NCBI GenBank assembly: GCA_964520025.1
Contig: CAZFMD010000001.1
Coordinates: forward strand, 1 to 55,929
DNA length: 55,929 nucleotides
Reading direction: 5' to 3'
From: an uncultured Spirochaetaceae bacterium
GTDB lineage: Bacteria > Spirochaetota > Spirochaetia > SZUA-6 > DRHE01
Shown: positions 7,356 to 16,048 of the stretch, in pieces
Position numbering within the stretch: position 1 is the stretch's first letter
Layout of the letters: every line of letters begins with the position of its first letter
The notes under the pieces: generated by a model
The model's input: the letters and a program-made list of their open reading frames with translations, nothing else
The model's database searches: none
What the model was told of the DNA's origin: nothing
Position numbers and translations under genes: made by a program

Positions 7356-8615
7356 ATGCAAGGTGTTTTCTTTCTACGCAACACGATTCAGGAGTACGCC
7401 TGGGGATCCCGCACCTCCATCCCGCAGCTTCTGGGCCGACGGTCCCCGGCGGACACACCCCAGGCCGAGCTTTGGATGGGGGCGCATCCCAAGGCCCCTT
7501 CCCGGGTGCTTGTGGCACAGGGACATGAGCTGCCCCTTCCGGAACTGATCGCCCGGGATCCCGCAGCCGTCCTGGGAAAGGCGGTGGCGGAGAGGTTCGC
7601 GGGCCGTCTTCCCTTCCTGTTCAAGGTGCTGGCCGCAGCCCAGCCTCTGTCCATCCAGGCCCATCCCAACCTGGAACAGGCCCGAGCCGGTTTCCGCAGG
7701 GAGAACGAGCAGGGGATTGCCCTGGATGCGTTCCGGCGCAACTACCGGGATGACAACCACAAACCCGAGGTGATCTCCGCACTCACCCCCTTCTGGGCCC
7801 TGAACGGCTTCCGGCCGCTTCCAGAGATGCTCGATCTGCTGCGTTCCGTCGGCTTCTCCGGCATCGGGAAACAGATCGCCGCCCTCGGCGATAATCCGAG
7901 CCGGGCCGGCTTGAAAGCCTTCTTCGCCTCTCTGATGCGGCTGCAGCGGGAGACCCGGGAGCGGGCGATCCGGGAGGCCCTGGCTTGGGCCGAACGTCAA
8001 CCGGGCAGGGAGGCGCTTACCTCTTCGTCGAGCCTTAAACAGCGCCGGTCGGCGCAAAGTCCGGACCGCAATACCATCGCCGGCTGGATTCTGCGCCTGG
8101 GCGAGAGCTATCCCGGGGACATCGGAGTGCTCTCTCCCCTGCTGCTCAACCTCCTGCTGTTGCAGCCCGGAGACACGATGTTCCTGGAGGCGGGGGTGCT
8201 TCACGCCTACCTCGAGGGAACGGGAATCGAGCTGATGGCCAACTCGGACAACGTGATCCGGGGCGGGTTGACCCCCAAGCACATGGACGTGGATGAGCTG
8301 CTGTCGATCCTGCGTTTCCAGGGGCGGGGCGTTCAGCTGGCCGAATCCGATGAAACGGCTCCGGGACACCGGGTGTTTCACACACCTGCACAGGAGTTCC
8401 GCCTGGCCGAGATCCGGGTGCACCCGGATCAGCCCCATCGCAATCCTGGAAGCGGCAGCATCCAGCTGATGATCGTCGTCGGGGGGGAGGGGCGGATCGA
8501 GGCTCCCGAACCGCTGCCCATCAAAAAGGGCAATTCTCTGCTGATTCCCGCCTCCACCGGCCCCTACAGCATGCACGGATCCCTGCACATCTACAGAGCC
8601 GACGTACCACTGTAG
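7356..8615 (+). CDS. manA: Mannose-6-phosphate isomerase, class I
   Basis: Contains IQEYAWGS, ELWMGAHP, FLFKVLAAAQPLSIQAHPN and YRDDNHKPE. The start was trimmed to MQGVFFLRN. Confidence 0.85.
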   Translation: MQGVFFLRNTIQEYAWGSRTSIPQLLGRRSPADTPQAELWMGAHPKAPSRVLVAQGHELPLPELIARDPAAVLGKAVAERFAGRLPFLFKVLAAAQPLSIQAHPNLEQARAGFRRENEQGIALDAFRRNYRDDNHKPEVISALTPFWALNGFRPLPEMLDLLRSVGFSGIGKQIAALGDNPSRAGLKAFFASLMRLQRETRERAIREALAWAERQPGREALTSSSSLKQRRSAQSPDRNTIAGWILRLGESYPGDIGVLSPLLLNLLLLQPGDTMFLEAGVLHAYLEGTGIELMANSDNVIRGGLTPKHMDVDELLSILRFQGRGVQLAESDETAPGHRVFHTPAQEFRLAEIRVHPDQPHRNPGSGSIQLMIVVGGEGRIEAPEPLPIKKGNSLLIPASTGPYSMHGSLHIYRADVPL

Positions 8616-8623
8616 GTAAAATC

Positions 8624-9589
8624 GTGTATAATAATCCTGTGAAAGCGGTTCGCGACTGGGCCGAGACGATCAGGAAATCAGCGGAGAGGGCCTTCTACGG
8701 CAAGGAGCGGACGATCGAGAAGCTGCTCATCGCCCTGCTGTGCCGGGGTCACGTGCTGATCGAAGATGTGCCCGGGGTGGGCAAAACCATCGCGGCTCGG
8801 GCGCTGGGCCAGAGCCTGGGGGGCAGCTTCAAGCGCATCCAGTGCACCCCGGATCTGCTGCCCGCCGACGTCCTGGGGGTCTCGGTATACAATCCCAAGA
8901 GCGGGGATTTTACCTTCCGGGAGGGACCGATCCTCAGCAACGTGCTGCTGGTGGATGAGATCAACCGGGCCACCCCCCGCACCCAGTCGGCCCTTCTCGA
9001 AGCCATGGCGGAGAACCAGATCAGCGTGGACGGACGGCGGATTGCCCTGCCGGAGCCCTTCTTCCTCATGGCCACGGAGAATCCCATCGAGTTCGAAGGC
9101 ACCTTTCCCCTGCCCGAGGCACAGAAGGATCGGTTCTTCCTCTCCCTGAAAATCGGTTATCCCGACAGGGTATCCGAAGCCGAGATCCTGGAGAGCCAGA
9201 GACGAACGACTCACCCGGTCTCGGATGTGCAGGCGGTAACGCAGCTGGATACCGTGCTGGAGATGCAGCAGCGGGTGGTGGAGGTGCATGTCAGCCCGGC
9301 GCTGCGCGGCTACATTCTGGACATTACCGAACAGACCCGCAAGGAGCCGCGCCTGAGACTGGGGGTTTCCCCCCGGGGCTCCCTGGCGATGTACAAAGGA
9401 GCCCAGGCAAGGGCGGCCATTCGCGGCCGGGACTACGTGATTCCCGAAGATATCAAGGAACTGTTCATCCCGGTCTGCGCCAAGCGGGTGATCGTGCGCT
9501 CGGAGCATCGGATCAAGGGAATCACCGCGCAGGATCTGCTGGCCCAGGCGATCGATCGGGTGGAGGTTCCGGTCCTCAAAGGCGTTTGA
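8624..9589 (+). CDS. MoxR-family AAA+ ATPase
   Basis: GTG start. Walker A is DVPGVGKT and Walker B is LLVDEINRA, followed by PLPEAQKDRF. Confidence 0.9.
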   Translation: MYNNPVKAVRDWAETIRKSAERAFYGKERTIEKLLIALLCRGHVLIEDVPGVGKTIAARALGQSLGGSFKRIQCTPDLLPADVLGVSVYNPKSGDFTFREGPILSNVLLVDEINRATPRTQSALLEAMAENQISVDGRRIALPEPFFLMATENPIEFEGTFPLPEAQKDRFFLSLKIGYPDRVSEAEILESQRRTTHPVSDVQAVTQLDTVLEMQQRVVEVHVSPALRGYILDITEQTRKEPRLRLGVSPRGSLAMYKGAQARAAIRGRDYVIPEDIKELFIPVCAKRVIVRSEHRIKGITAQDLLAQAIDRVEVPVLKGV

Positions 9590-10759
9590 GTGAAGGCGGT
9601 CCATATATTTCTGCTCGCCGGTCTCCTCCTCCTGGTGCTGTTCTTCCCCCTGCGGATTTTGCAGTTCGTGGCCCTGCTTTACATCGGAGCCATCGGATTA
9701 TCCTACCTGTACTCCCGCCTGATCTCCCGCTACGTAACGGTACGCAGAACAGAGGAGGTTCTCAGGACTCATCGCTTCGAGCCTCTGGAGATCACCCTGA
9801 TCGTGGAGAACCGCGGCTTTCTACCCGTGGCCTATATCAATGTTTTCGACCAGCCGAACACCTTCTTCGCCTCCGAACCGGGCAACTTCCTGCTCAAACT
9901 GAGACCGGGGCAACGGAGAGTCCTGAGGTACACGATCGAGAGCCAGCGGCGTGGGCAGTACACGGTGGGACCGGCGGTGATCCAGGGTAGCGATCCCCTG
10001 GGATTTTTTCCCTTCCGCATGAAAGCTGCTGAGAGCCAGACCCTGATCGTGTATCCGGAAGTTCTACCCCTGTCCCTGCTCAGCCGCGAAGGCCTGCCCG
10101 CAGGCGCCATTCGGGTGGAAAATCCGATGTACGAGGACCTGACCCGCTACCGCTCCCTGCGGGAGTACCTGCCGGGAGACAGCCTGCGGCGGGTGAACTG
10201 GAAAGTTTCGGCGAAAGCCGGACAGCTATTCGTTATGGATTATCTGCCCCTGCTTCACGCTCCGGTGCTGATCCTCCTCAACCTGAACAGCCAGGATTAT
10301 CCGATGCGCTACCGCTATCACCGCATCGAGCGGGCCGTTACCCTGGCCGCCTCTCTGGTCATGCATTTCCTCTCTCTGGGCCAGGAGATCGGTCTGATCG
10401 CCTCCGCACGGCTGGAAGGTGAGGAGTCGATCCCGGTTGCCGAAATTCGCGGCACCCACGGTCACGCCGCCACCCTGCTGGAGCTGCTGGGGAGGATGAA
10501 CAGCACCCAGGGCGGTCCGGATTTCACCGAGCTTCTGTTCACCTCCGGCATCGAGCTGCCGGTGCGCACGCGCGTAGAGGTGATCACGCCCGTTCTCGGA
10601 AATCTGGATATCCGCCGCTTGAGACAGATCAGGGAAAACGGCTGCACCGTAGAGCTGTTTATCCTGGGCGAGCAGCTCGAGGCGGCCAGAGAGCTCTGCG
10701 GGCGGGAGGTCTCGATTTTCCCAGTGCAGGACTTCGGACGTGAGCTCCTCTATAAGTAG
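9590..10759 (+). CDS. DUF58 domain protein (MoxR partner, vWA-like)
   Basis: The GTG start lies immediately after the MoxR stop. It has two N-terminal TM segments and the signature YRSLREYLPGDSLRRVNWKVSAKAGQLFV. Confidence 0.85.
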   Translation: MKAVHIFLLAGLLLLVLFFPLRILQFVALLYIGAIGLSYLYSRLISRYVTVRRTEEVLRTHRFEPLEITLIVENRGFLPVAYINVFDQPNTFFASEPGNFLLKLRPGQRRVLRYTIESQRRGQYTVGPAVIQGSDPLGFFPFRMKAAESQTLIVYPEVLPLSLLSREGLPAGAIRVENPMYEDLTRYRSLREYLPGDSLRRVNWKVSAKAGQLFVMDYLPLLHAPVLILLNLNSQDYPMRYRYHRIERAVTLAASLVMHFLSLGQEIGLIASARLEGEESIPVAEIRGTHGHAATLLELLGRMNSTQGGPDFTELLFTSGIELPVRTRVEVITPVLGNLDIRRLRQIRENGCTVELFILGEQLEAARELCGREVSIFPVQDFGRELLYK

Positions 10760-12311
10760 ACGAACCCTGCGGCTGCTCCGTTCTCTGGTTCATCCACTGC
10801 TGTCGATCTTCCTGCCCCTGCTGTTCCTGCTGAGCGCCGATCAGCTTCTGCGGCCGCTCTTCCCGGGTATTTCCTGGTTTCCCCGACACCTGGCGCCCCT
10901 GCTGCTGGCCGCCGGCCTCGAAGAGGCGGTGATGGGCAACCTGCTGTTCAAGGAAAGAGCCGCCTTTCTGGCCCGAGCCAGAGAGCTTGTGGTGCTGCTC
11001 GCTGTGGCTTTCGGAGCCCTGTTCATCCTCCTGGGGTTGCGTTCGGGGCGGGGCTTTCATCTCTCCCCGCTGTTGATCTATCCGCTCACAATAACACTGC
11101 TGCAATGGCTTCTGTCCCACGGCATTCATTCCGGCTTGAGAGAGCGGGAGCTGCTTCTCAGTGCCCTAGCGGGCAAGAGCGGGGCGGTGCTCCGCCACTC
11201 CTTAAGAGGCTCCTCCTACCAGGCGGGACTCACGGTCCGGGTACTGCGAAACATCAGGGCGGGGATAGTAGTATTTCAGATTCAGGTGGTTGCCCTGCTG
11301 GTCGCCGCGGCGGTGCTGAAGCGCCAGCCTCCGCTCGGCGGCGCACTTATCGTTTCCCTGAATGCCTTGGGAGGGCTGCTCGGGATGGGAGTGCTGCGCA
11401 GCTTCGAAGAGCAGCAGCTGCTGCTGGGCAGCGGGCTTGCCCTGCCACGCGCTCTGGAGACGAGGCGGGTTCTGTTCAGCATCTCGATCCTGGCGGTGGC
11501 CGCGGTTGTGATCAACCTGGCGGCCCGCAACGCCTCCCTCCTGCCCCTCTCCGCTCTGATCGCCCTGATCAGGCGGCTGGCCTCTCTGTTTCGCTTTCCC
11601 GCCCGTCCCGGATTTGCCGATACCCTGCAGAATGCCCTGATCGAAAGGCAGCGCCTCTACCAGGCCATGCGCCTTTCTCAACAGGCGCCTGCAGCGACTC
11701 CATTCGCCCTGCTGATCGTGGAGATCATGCGAAGGCTCTTCCGCACCCTTGCCGTCACCGGCCTGTTCCTGTTCCTGGTTTTTCCCCTGCTGTCCCAGGA
11801 TTTCCTCGACAGGTTGCGGGAGCTGAGGCCCTTAACGGCCCTCTGGAGATGGCTCCGTATCCCTCTCGGCCTTGCTGTCCGGCTCTGGCTGCGCCTCCTA
11901 CGTTGGTTGCGCCGGCTGCGCCGCTCCCACCGGAGAGGCGTGCTGACCGTGGAAGAGGAGGATGCAGCCGCTGCTCCGAAAGCCAGCAGGACCAACATCC
12001 GAGGGCTGTCGGTACGTAAGCGGGTGCAGATGAGCCGGGTGCAGCGGGCTTTCCTGGCTCTGATCCGGTGGGGCGAGCAACTGGGCGTTCCCTATCTTTT
12101 TTTCCTTACGCCCCTGGAGTACTCCCGCCGGCTGGTTGCGGTTCTTCCCGCAGGATCGGGGCAACTGGCCTACGTGGTTGAGGTATTCGAAGAGGTGATG
12201 TTCTCCACCCACGTGGTAGCCGCAGGAAGGATCGCCTGCTATGTGCGTACGATCCGCAGCTTGAGCCGCCTCACTGCGGAGCAGGCAGGGGGGGCAACGA
12301 GCTGCCGGTGA
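10740..12311 (+). CDS. Polytopic membrane protein with a C-terminal DUF4129-like domain
   Basis: 523-aa ORF overlapping the DUF58 end by 20 nt. It has many TM segments, an Arg-rich loop (RLWLRLLRWLRRLRRSHRRG) and a C-terminal LTPLEYSRRL...VVEVFEEVMFS. The start codon is uncertain. Confidence 0.55.
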   Translation: MSSSISRRTLRLLRSLVHPLLSIFLPLLFLLSADQLLRPLFPGISWFPRHLAPLLLAAGLEEAVMGNLLFKERAAFLARARELVVLLAVAFGALFILLGLRSGRGFHLSPLLIYPLTITLLQWLLSHGIHSGLRERELLLSALAGKSGAVLRHSLRGSSYQAGLTVRVLRNIRAGIVVFQIQVVALLVAAAVLKRQPPLGGALIVSLNALGGLLGMGVLRSFEEQQLLLGSGLALPRALETRRVLFSISILAVAAVVINLAARNASLLPLSALIALIRRLASLFRFPARPGFADTLQNALIERQRLYQAMRLSQQAPAATPFALLIVEIMRRLFRTLAVTGLFLFLVFPLLSQDFLDRLRELRPLTALWRWLRIPLGLAVRLWLRLLRWLRRLRRSHRRGVLTVEEEDAAAAPKASRTNIRGLSVRKRVQMSRVQRAFLALIRWGEQLGVPYLFFLTPLEYSRRLVAVLPAGSGQLAYVVEVFEEVMFSTHVVAAGRIACYVRTIRSLSRLTAEQAGGATSCR

Positions 12312-12837
12312 ACTCCTCAGCCAGGATGTCCATGTAGATGATATCGTAACTTGTGCCCTGGATTCGCCGGGCCTGACGTCGGCGGCCGATCTCCTTGAAT
12401 CCGATCTTGCGGTAGCAGCGGATCGCCCGGGTGTTGAAGGCGTATACACTGAGCATTATGTTGTTCAGGTTCAGGATGTTAAAGGCGTAATCCAGCAGCA
12501 GGCGCATGGCCTCTTCCCCATACCCCTTGTTCCAGTAGCTCTTCTCGCCGATGAAGATCCCAGCCTCGGCGGTGCGGTTGATGTGATCCGGGTTTAGAAA
12601 TCCGCAGCCGCCGATCAACTCGTCCTTCTTGCCCTCCACGATGGCGAAGTGATCCCCCTGGCGGACGAATCGCGCCAGGGTCTCCCTCTCCACATCCAGG
12701 TTGATGTTGTGATAGGCCACGGTGAGGTACTGGGCCACCTCCATATCGGCCAGCCAGGCGACGTACTTCTCCGCATCCTCAGGATTCATGGGGGAGAGGT
12801 AGCAGCGCTTGCCGATCATCTTCCTGAAGTACTTCAT
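12271..12837 (-). CDS. GNAT N-acetyltransferase (RimJ/RimL-like)
   Basis: Trimmed to MKYFRKMIGK (ATG 12837, GGAGGG upstream). The acetyl-CoA region is WNKGYGEEAMRLLLDYAF...N.RAIRCYRKIGF. Confidence 0.85.
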   Translation of the reverse strand: MKYFRKMIGKRCYLSPMNPEDAEKYVAWLADMEVAQYLTVAYHNINLDVERETLARFVRQGDHFAIVEGKKDELIGGCGFLNPDHINRTAEAGIFIGEKSYWNKGYGEEAMRLLLDYAFNILNLNNIMLSVYAFNTRAIRCYRKIGFKEIGRRRQARRIQGTSYDIIYMDILAEEFTGSSLPPLPAPQ

Positions 12838-12850
12838 GATTCCCTCCGAC

Positions 12851-13180
12851 CTACAGCACCCGGGTACCGGGATCCACCGCCGCATCGGGGCGCACCAGCA
12901 CCACGTCCCCCTCTGCGGGGATCGCCCCCAGGACCAGCACCTGGGAGGCGAAACCGGCGATCTTCCGGGGCGGGAAGTTGGTCACGGCCAAAACCTGGCT
13001 ACCCACCAGCTCCTCAGGGCTGTAGCGTCGGGTGATCTGGGCGCTGGAGGTCAGAACTCCCAACGGTCCGAAATCGATCCACATCTTGATGGCGGGCTTG
13101 CGGGCCTGGTCAAAAGACTCCGCACGAACAACGGTCCCGGTCCGAATTTCGATCTTTGAAAAATCTTCGTAGGTTGCCAT
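12851..13180 (-). CDS. csaA: tRNA-binding domain protein (CsaA/EMAP-like)
   Basis: 109 aa with DFSKIEIRTGTVV...KPAIKMWIDFG...VLAVTNFPPRKIAGF.S.VLVLG. Confidence 0.75.
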   Translation of the reverse strand: MATYEDFSKIEIRTGTVVRAESFDQARKPAIKMWIDFGPLGVLTSSAQITRRYSPEELVGSQVLAVTNFPPRKIAGFASQVLVLGAIPAEGDVVLVRPDAAVDPGTRVL

Positions 13181-13202
13181 TTGTTTCCCTATTTTCCCCG
13201 AC

Positions 13203-14309
13203 TCAGGCGGAGCCGGTCAACCGGTGCCAGCGTTTCACCAGGGAGGTCTTCTCCTCGCTTCCACCGGGGTGATAGCCGGAGACCAGAATCAATCGAGCCT
13301 TGGTGCGCCCGCACAGATCTGCCAGCCGTTCCAGGTAGCCGTCCCCGTCCTCCCCCTCCACCACGGGCAGGTGCCCGAAGTAGACCGTGCCGTTCTGCCC
13401 GCAGAGCGTGAACACCTCCTCCAGGTCGTACATCTCCGGATTCCCCAGGTTCAGGGTGGAGATCTCCTGCATCTCGCAGACCATCTTCAGGAATCCGGGA
13501 TGATGCCCGCAGTAGTGCAAAAACAACCTCCCGAAGGGTTCGGCCGCCCGCCGGATGAAGGGCAGACAAAAGGTGCGGATCATGTCGGCGGAGATCAGAG
13601 TGGCGCTATCCTCGGATATGCGGGCACCGGTATCGGGGAACCAGACCCCGATCGGCATGCCGTGGCCGTGCACCATGGACCCGCCCTGCTCTCCTAGCAG
13701 GTCCTTGAAAAACCTGGTAGCGGTCAGAAACAACCGCAGGCTCTGTTCCTGGATCGCCAGAACCTGCTCCCGGCGATCGCCCAGCAGGTACAGCAGATCC
13801 GTGCCCACGATCAGGTGGGAGAGATCGAAGATCCCCTGGGTGTCCGGGACATAGGGGTACAGCTCCGGCGGAACCCAGCCCTCCGTCTGGCGCCGCCCGA
13901 ACAGCTGATAAAAGTCCCGAGAGAAACGCACCTCGTTTTTCAGCAGATCCTGCGGATCTCCGGTTATTTCGATCTTCTCGTACTGCTGCGGGCTGAGATG
14001 TTCGGCCAGCCAGGGGTGAAGCTCAGGCTGCAGCTCGATCGGCAGGCCCAGAGCGCTGGGAAGCAGGGTGGTGCCCAGGTCGGAGCGTACCGCGGGAATG
14101 CCGTCATCGATCAGCTCCAGATGCGGTTGGATCTCAAGAAGTCGTTCTTCCAGATGTTTCTCCGCGTCCCGGTGCTGCTCGACCAAATCGTAGCGCAGGT
14201 AGGGCTTACCCTTGGCCAGATGGGGCTCGGCGAACAGAACGGGACAGGGACCCTCCCCCTTCCAGAACTCCTCAAAAAAACGGAATCTTCGGCGAATGAC
14301 GGGATTCAT
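13203..14309 (-). CDS. URO-D/MtaA-like TIM-barrel protein (tentative), function unknown
   Basis: 368 aa. The C-terminal half has the LHYCGH...L..LG pattern reminiscent of uroporphyrinogen-decarboxylase-family proteins. The assignment is tentative. Confidence 0.45.
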   Translation of the reverse strand: MNPVIRRRFRFFEEFWKGEGPCPVLFAEPHLAKGKPYLRYDLVEQHRDAEKHLEERLLEIQPHLELIDDGIPAVRSDLGTTLLPSALGLPIELQPELHPWLAEHLSPQQYEKIEITGDPQDLLKNEVRFSRDFYQLFGRRQTEGWVPPELYPYVPDTQGIFDLSHLIVGTDLLYLLGDRREQVLAIQEQSLRLFLTATRFFKDLLGEQGGSMVHGHGMPIGVWFPDTGARISEDSATLISADMIRTFCLPFIRRAAEPFGRLFLHYCGHHPGFLKMVCEMQEISTLNLGNPEMYDLEEVFTLCGQNGTVYFGHLPVVEGEDGDGYLERLADLCGRTKARLILVSGYHPGGSEEKTSLVKRWHRLTGSA

Positions 14310-14312
14310 GCT

Positions 14313-14768
14313 TCAACCGATACGGACCTTGACCACCACCTTACGTACCTGCTGCGGATTCTCCCAGGTGCAGTTGGGCTTGTGAGCATCCTGCGGGTAG
14401 AACACGGCGAAGCTGCCCGGGGTCAGCTGCAATCGCGCCCGTTCGGTTCCGGATAGGAAAACGATATCCTTCTCAACCGAGTACTCGTCTTTCGGCGCCA
14501 GCTCCTGGAGCACAGCCCAGTAGATGATCTCCCGCCCGGACAGGATGTATTGGATATCGATATACCTTCGATGGGCCTCGAAGCTGCGTACGCTCTCCGG
14601 TTCGGTCTCGTAGGTCGAAACCAGGGCGAATAGCTCGTCCCCTTCGATTGGATGCTTGCCGTCCTCAAGAGCGGAGAAGTCCGTGCTCGCCAGATACTCC
14701 AGGGCCCTCTCGATTTCAGGGCTGACACCTCTGTAGCGACCGCGATTCTCGAGAATGTCCAGGATCAT
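14313..14768 (-). CDS. YhcH/YjgK/YiaL (DUF386) family protein
   Basis: Trimmed to MILDILEN (ATG 14768). Contains FEAHRRYIDIQYILSGRE and FAVFYPQDAHKP. Confidence 0.8.
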   Translation of the reverse strand: MILDILENRGRYRGVSPEIERALEYLASTDFSALEDGKHPIEGDELFALVSTYETEPESVRSFEAHRRYIDIQYILSGREIIYWAVLQELAPKDEYSVEKDIVFLSGTERARLQLTPGSFAVFYPQDAHKPNCTWENPQQVRKVVVKVRIG

Positions 14769-14986
14769 ATTTCTGCTCCAACTCCCACTATACACGATAT
14801 GTGGGGAACAGGTAATCCCGTTCGGCCTGCAGCAGCTCACACCGGCTCCCGCACCCGGGAGGCGGCGTAGAAGTGCGTTCTCCTCATCATCCTATCATAC
14901 CACCGGGGGACCGAACCACGGGACCGGTCCTATCTGAGGTATGTGCGATTGACCCGCGGAACTCATGGACGTACCATGAGGAGGTC

Positions 14987-16042
14987 ATGAAAGCAGCGGT
15001 GCTTACAGCTCCCGGGCACTTCGAGATTCAGGACATTCCCCGGCCCGGAATCGAAGCGCAGGAGGTCCTGGTCCGGGTCAGAGCCTGCGGGATCTGCGGT
15101 ACGGATCTGCGCATCTTCAGACATGGACATCGAAAGATCGAACTGCCGGCGATCATCGGCCACGAGATCGTGGGCCGGGTAGAGGAGGTTGGATCCGGCC
15201 TACCCGCAGAGGATCTCGACTACGGCCCAGGCACATTGGTAATGGTCACCCCCGGCATTCCCTGCGGCCGCTGCAGCAACTGCCTGCGCGGTTTGTTCTG
15301 TACGAACAAGAGCTCGATTGCCTATGATTACCCCGGCGGCTTCGCCGAGTACCTGCGCGTGCCCGCCCGGGGAGTGAAAAGCATCATCTTCCCCCTGCCC
15401 GATCCCCTGCCAACGGGTCAGGAGCCGGCGGATTACGCGATCGCCGAGCCCCTGGCCTGTGCCCTGAACGGTGTGGAGCGGTTGGGCACGATTCCCCTTG
15501 GGGGCAGGGGCTTGGTCCTCGGCGCCGGTGCCATCGGCATACTGCTGGCAAAACTGCTTCTGCGCAACGGACTGCAGGACGTCGCGGTGGCCGATATCCG
15601 GGCTGAAAGACTCAACCGGGCAAAGGGGGTTCTCCCCTCCGAAATCACCCTGATCAACAATGCGAGGGAAGATCTGGTCAAGTGGACTGAACAATTCACG
15701 GATCATCGGGGCTTCGACGCGGTAATAGTGGCCTGCTCCTCCGTGGAGATCCAGGAGCTGTCCCTGGAGTTGATCGGCCTGTACGGAAAAATCCTCTACT
15801 TCGCCGGCCTTCCCCCCGGGCAATCCGGAATTCGCTTCGACAGCAATCTTCTGCACTACAAACTGGCCTCTGTGCGGGGAACCTACGGCTCGACTCTCTA
15901 TCACAACCGCCTGGCCATGTCGATGATCGCCGCGGGCTTCACCAGGGGGATTTGCGATGCCCGCTATCCACTGGAGCAGATATCCGAGGCCTTCGAACAC
16001 GCGGCACAGGGGCGGACCCTCAAGCCGGTGATCCAACCGTAG
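14987..16042 (+). CDS. Zn-dependent alcohol/polyol dehydrogenase (MDR family)
   Basis: Trimmed to MKAAVL (ATG 14987, GAGGAGG upstream). Contains CGICGTDL, GHEIVGRV and the NAD motif VLGAGAIG. Confidence 0.85.
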   Translation: MKAAVLTAPGHFEIQDIPRPGIEAQEVLVRVRACGICGTDLRIFRHGHRKIELPAIIGHEIVGRVEEVGSGLPAEDLDYGPGTLVMVTPGIPCGRCSNCLRGLFCTNKSSIAYDYPGGFAEYLRVPARGVKSIIFPLPDPLPTGQEPADYAIAEPLACALNGVERLGTIPLGGRGLVLGAGAIGILLAKLLLRNGLQDVAVADIRAERLNRAKGVLPSEITLINNAREDLVKWTEQFTDHRGFDAVIVACSSVEIQELSLELIGLYGKILYFAGLPPGQSGIRFDSNLLHYKLASVRGTYGSTLYHNRLAMSMIAAGFTRGICDARYPLEQISEAFEHAAQGRTLKPVIQP

Positions 16043-16048
16043 GGCTGC

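Noticed and set aside
11105-12019. 304-aa alternative-frame ORF inside the DUF4129 membrane gene, and the similar 41231-42001 ORF inside the ATPase gene
   Set aside because: These are same-locus frame shadows with Arg/Pro/Gly-rich products. The annotated frames have TM segments or P-type ATPase motifs.
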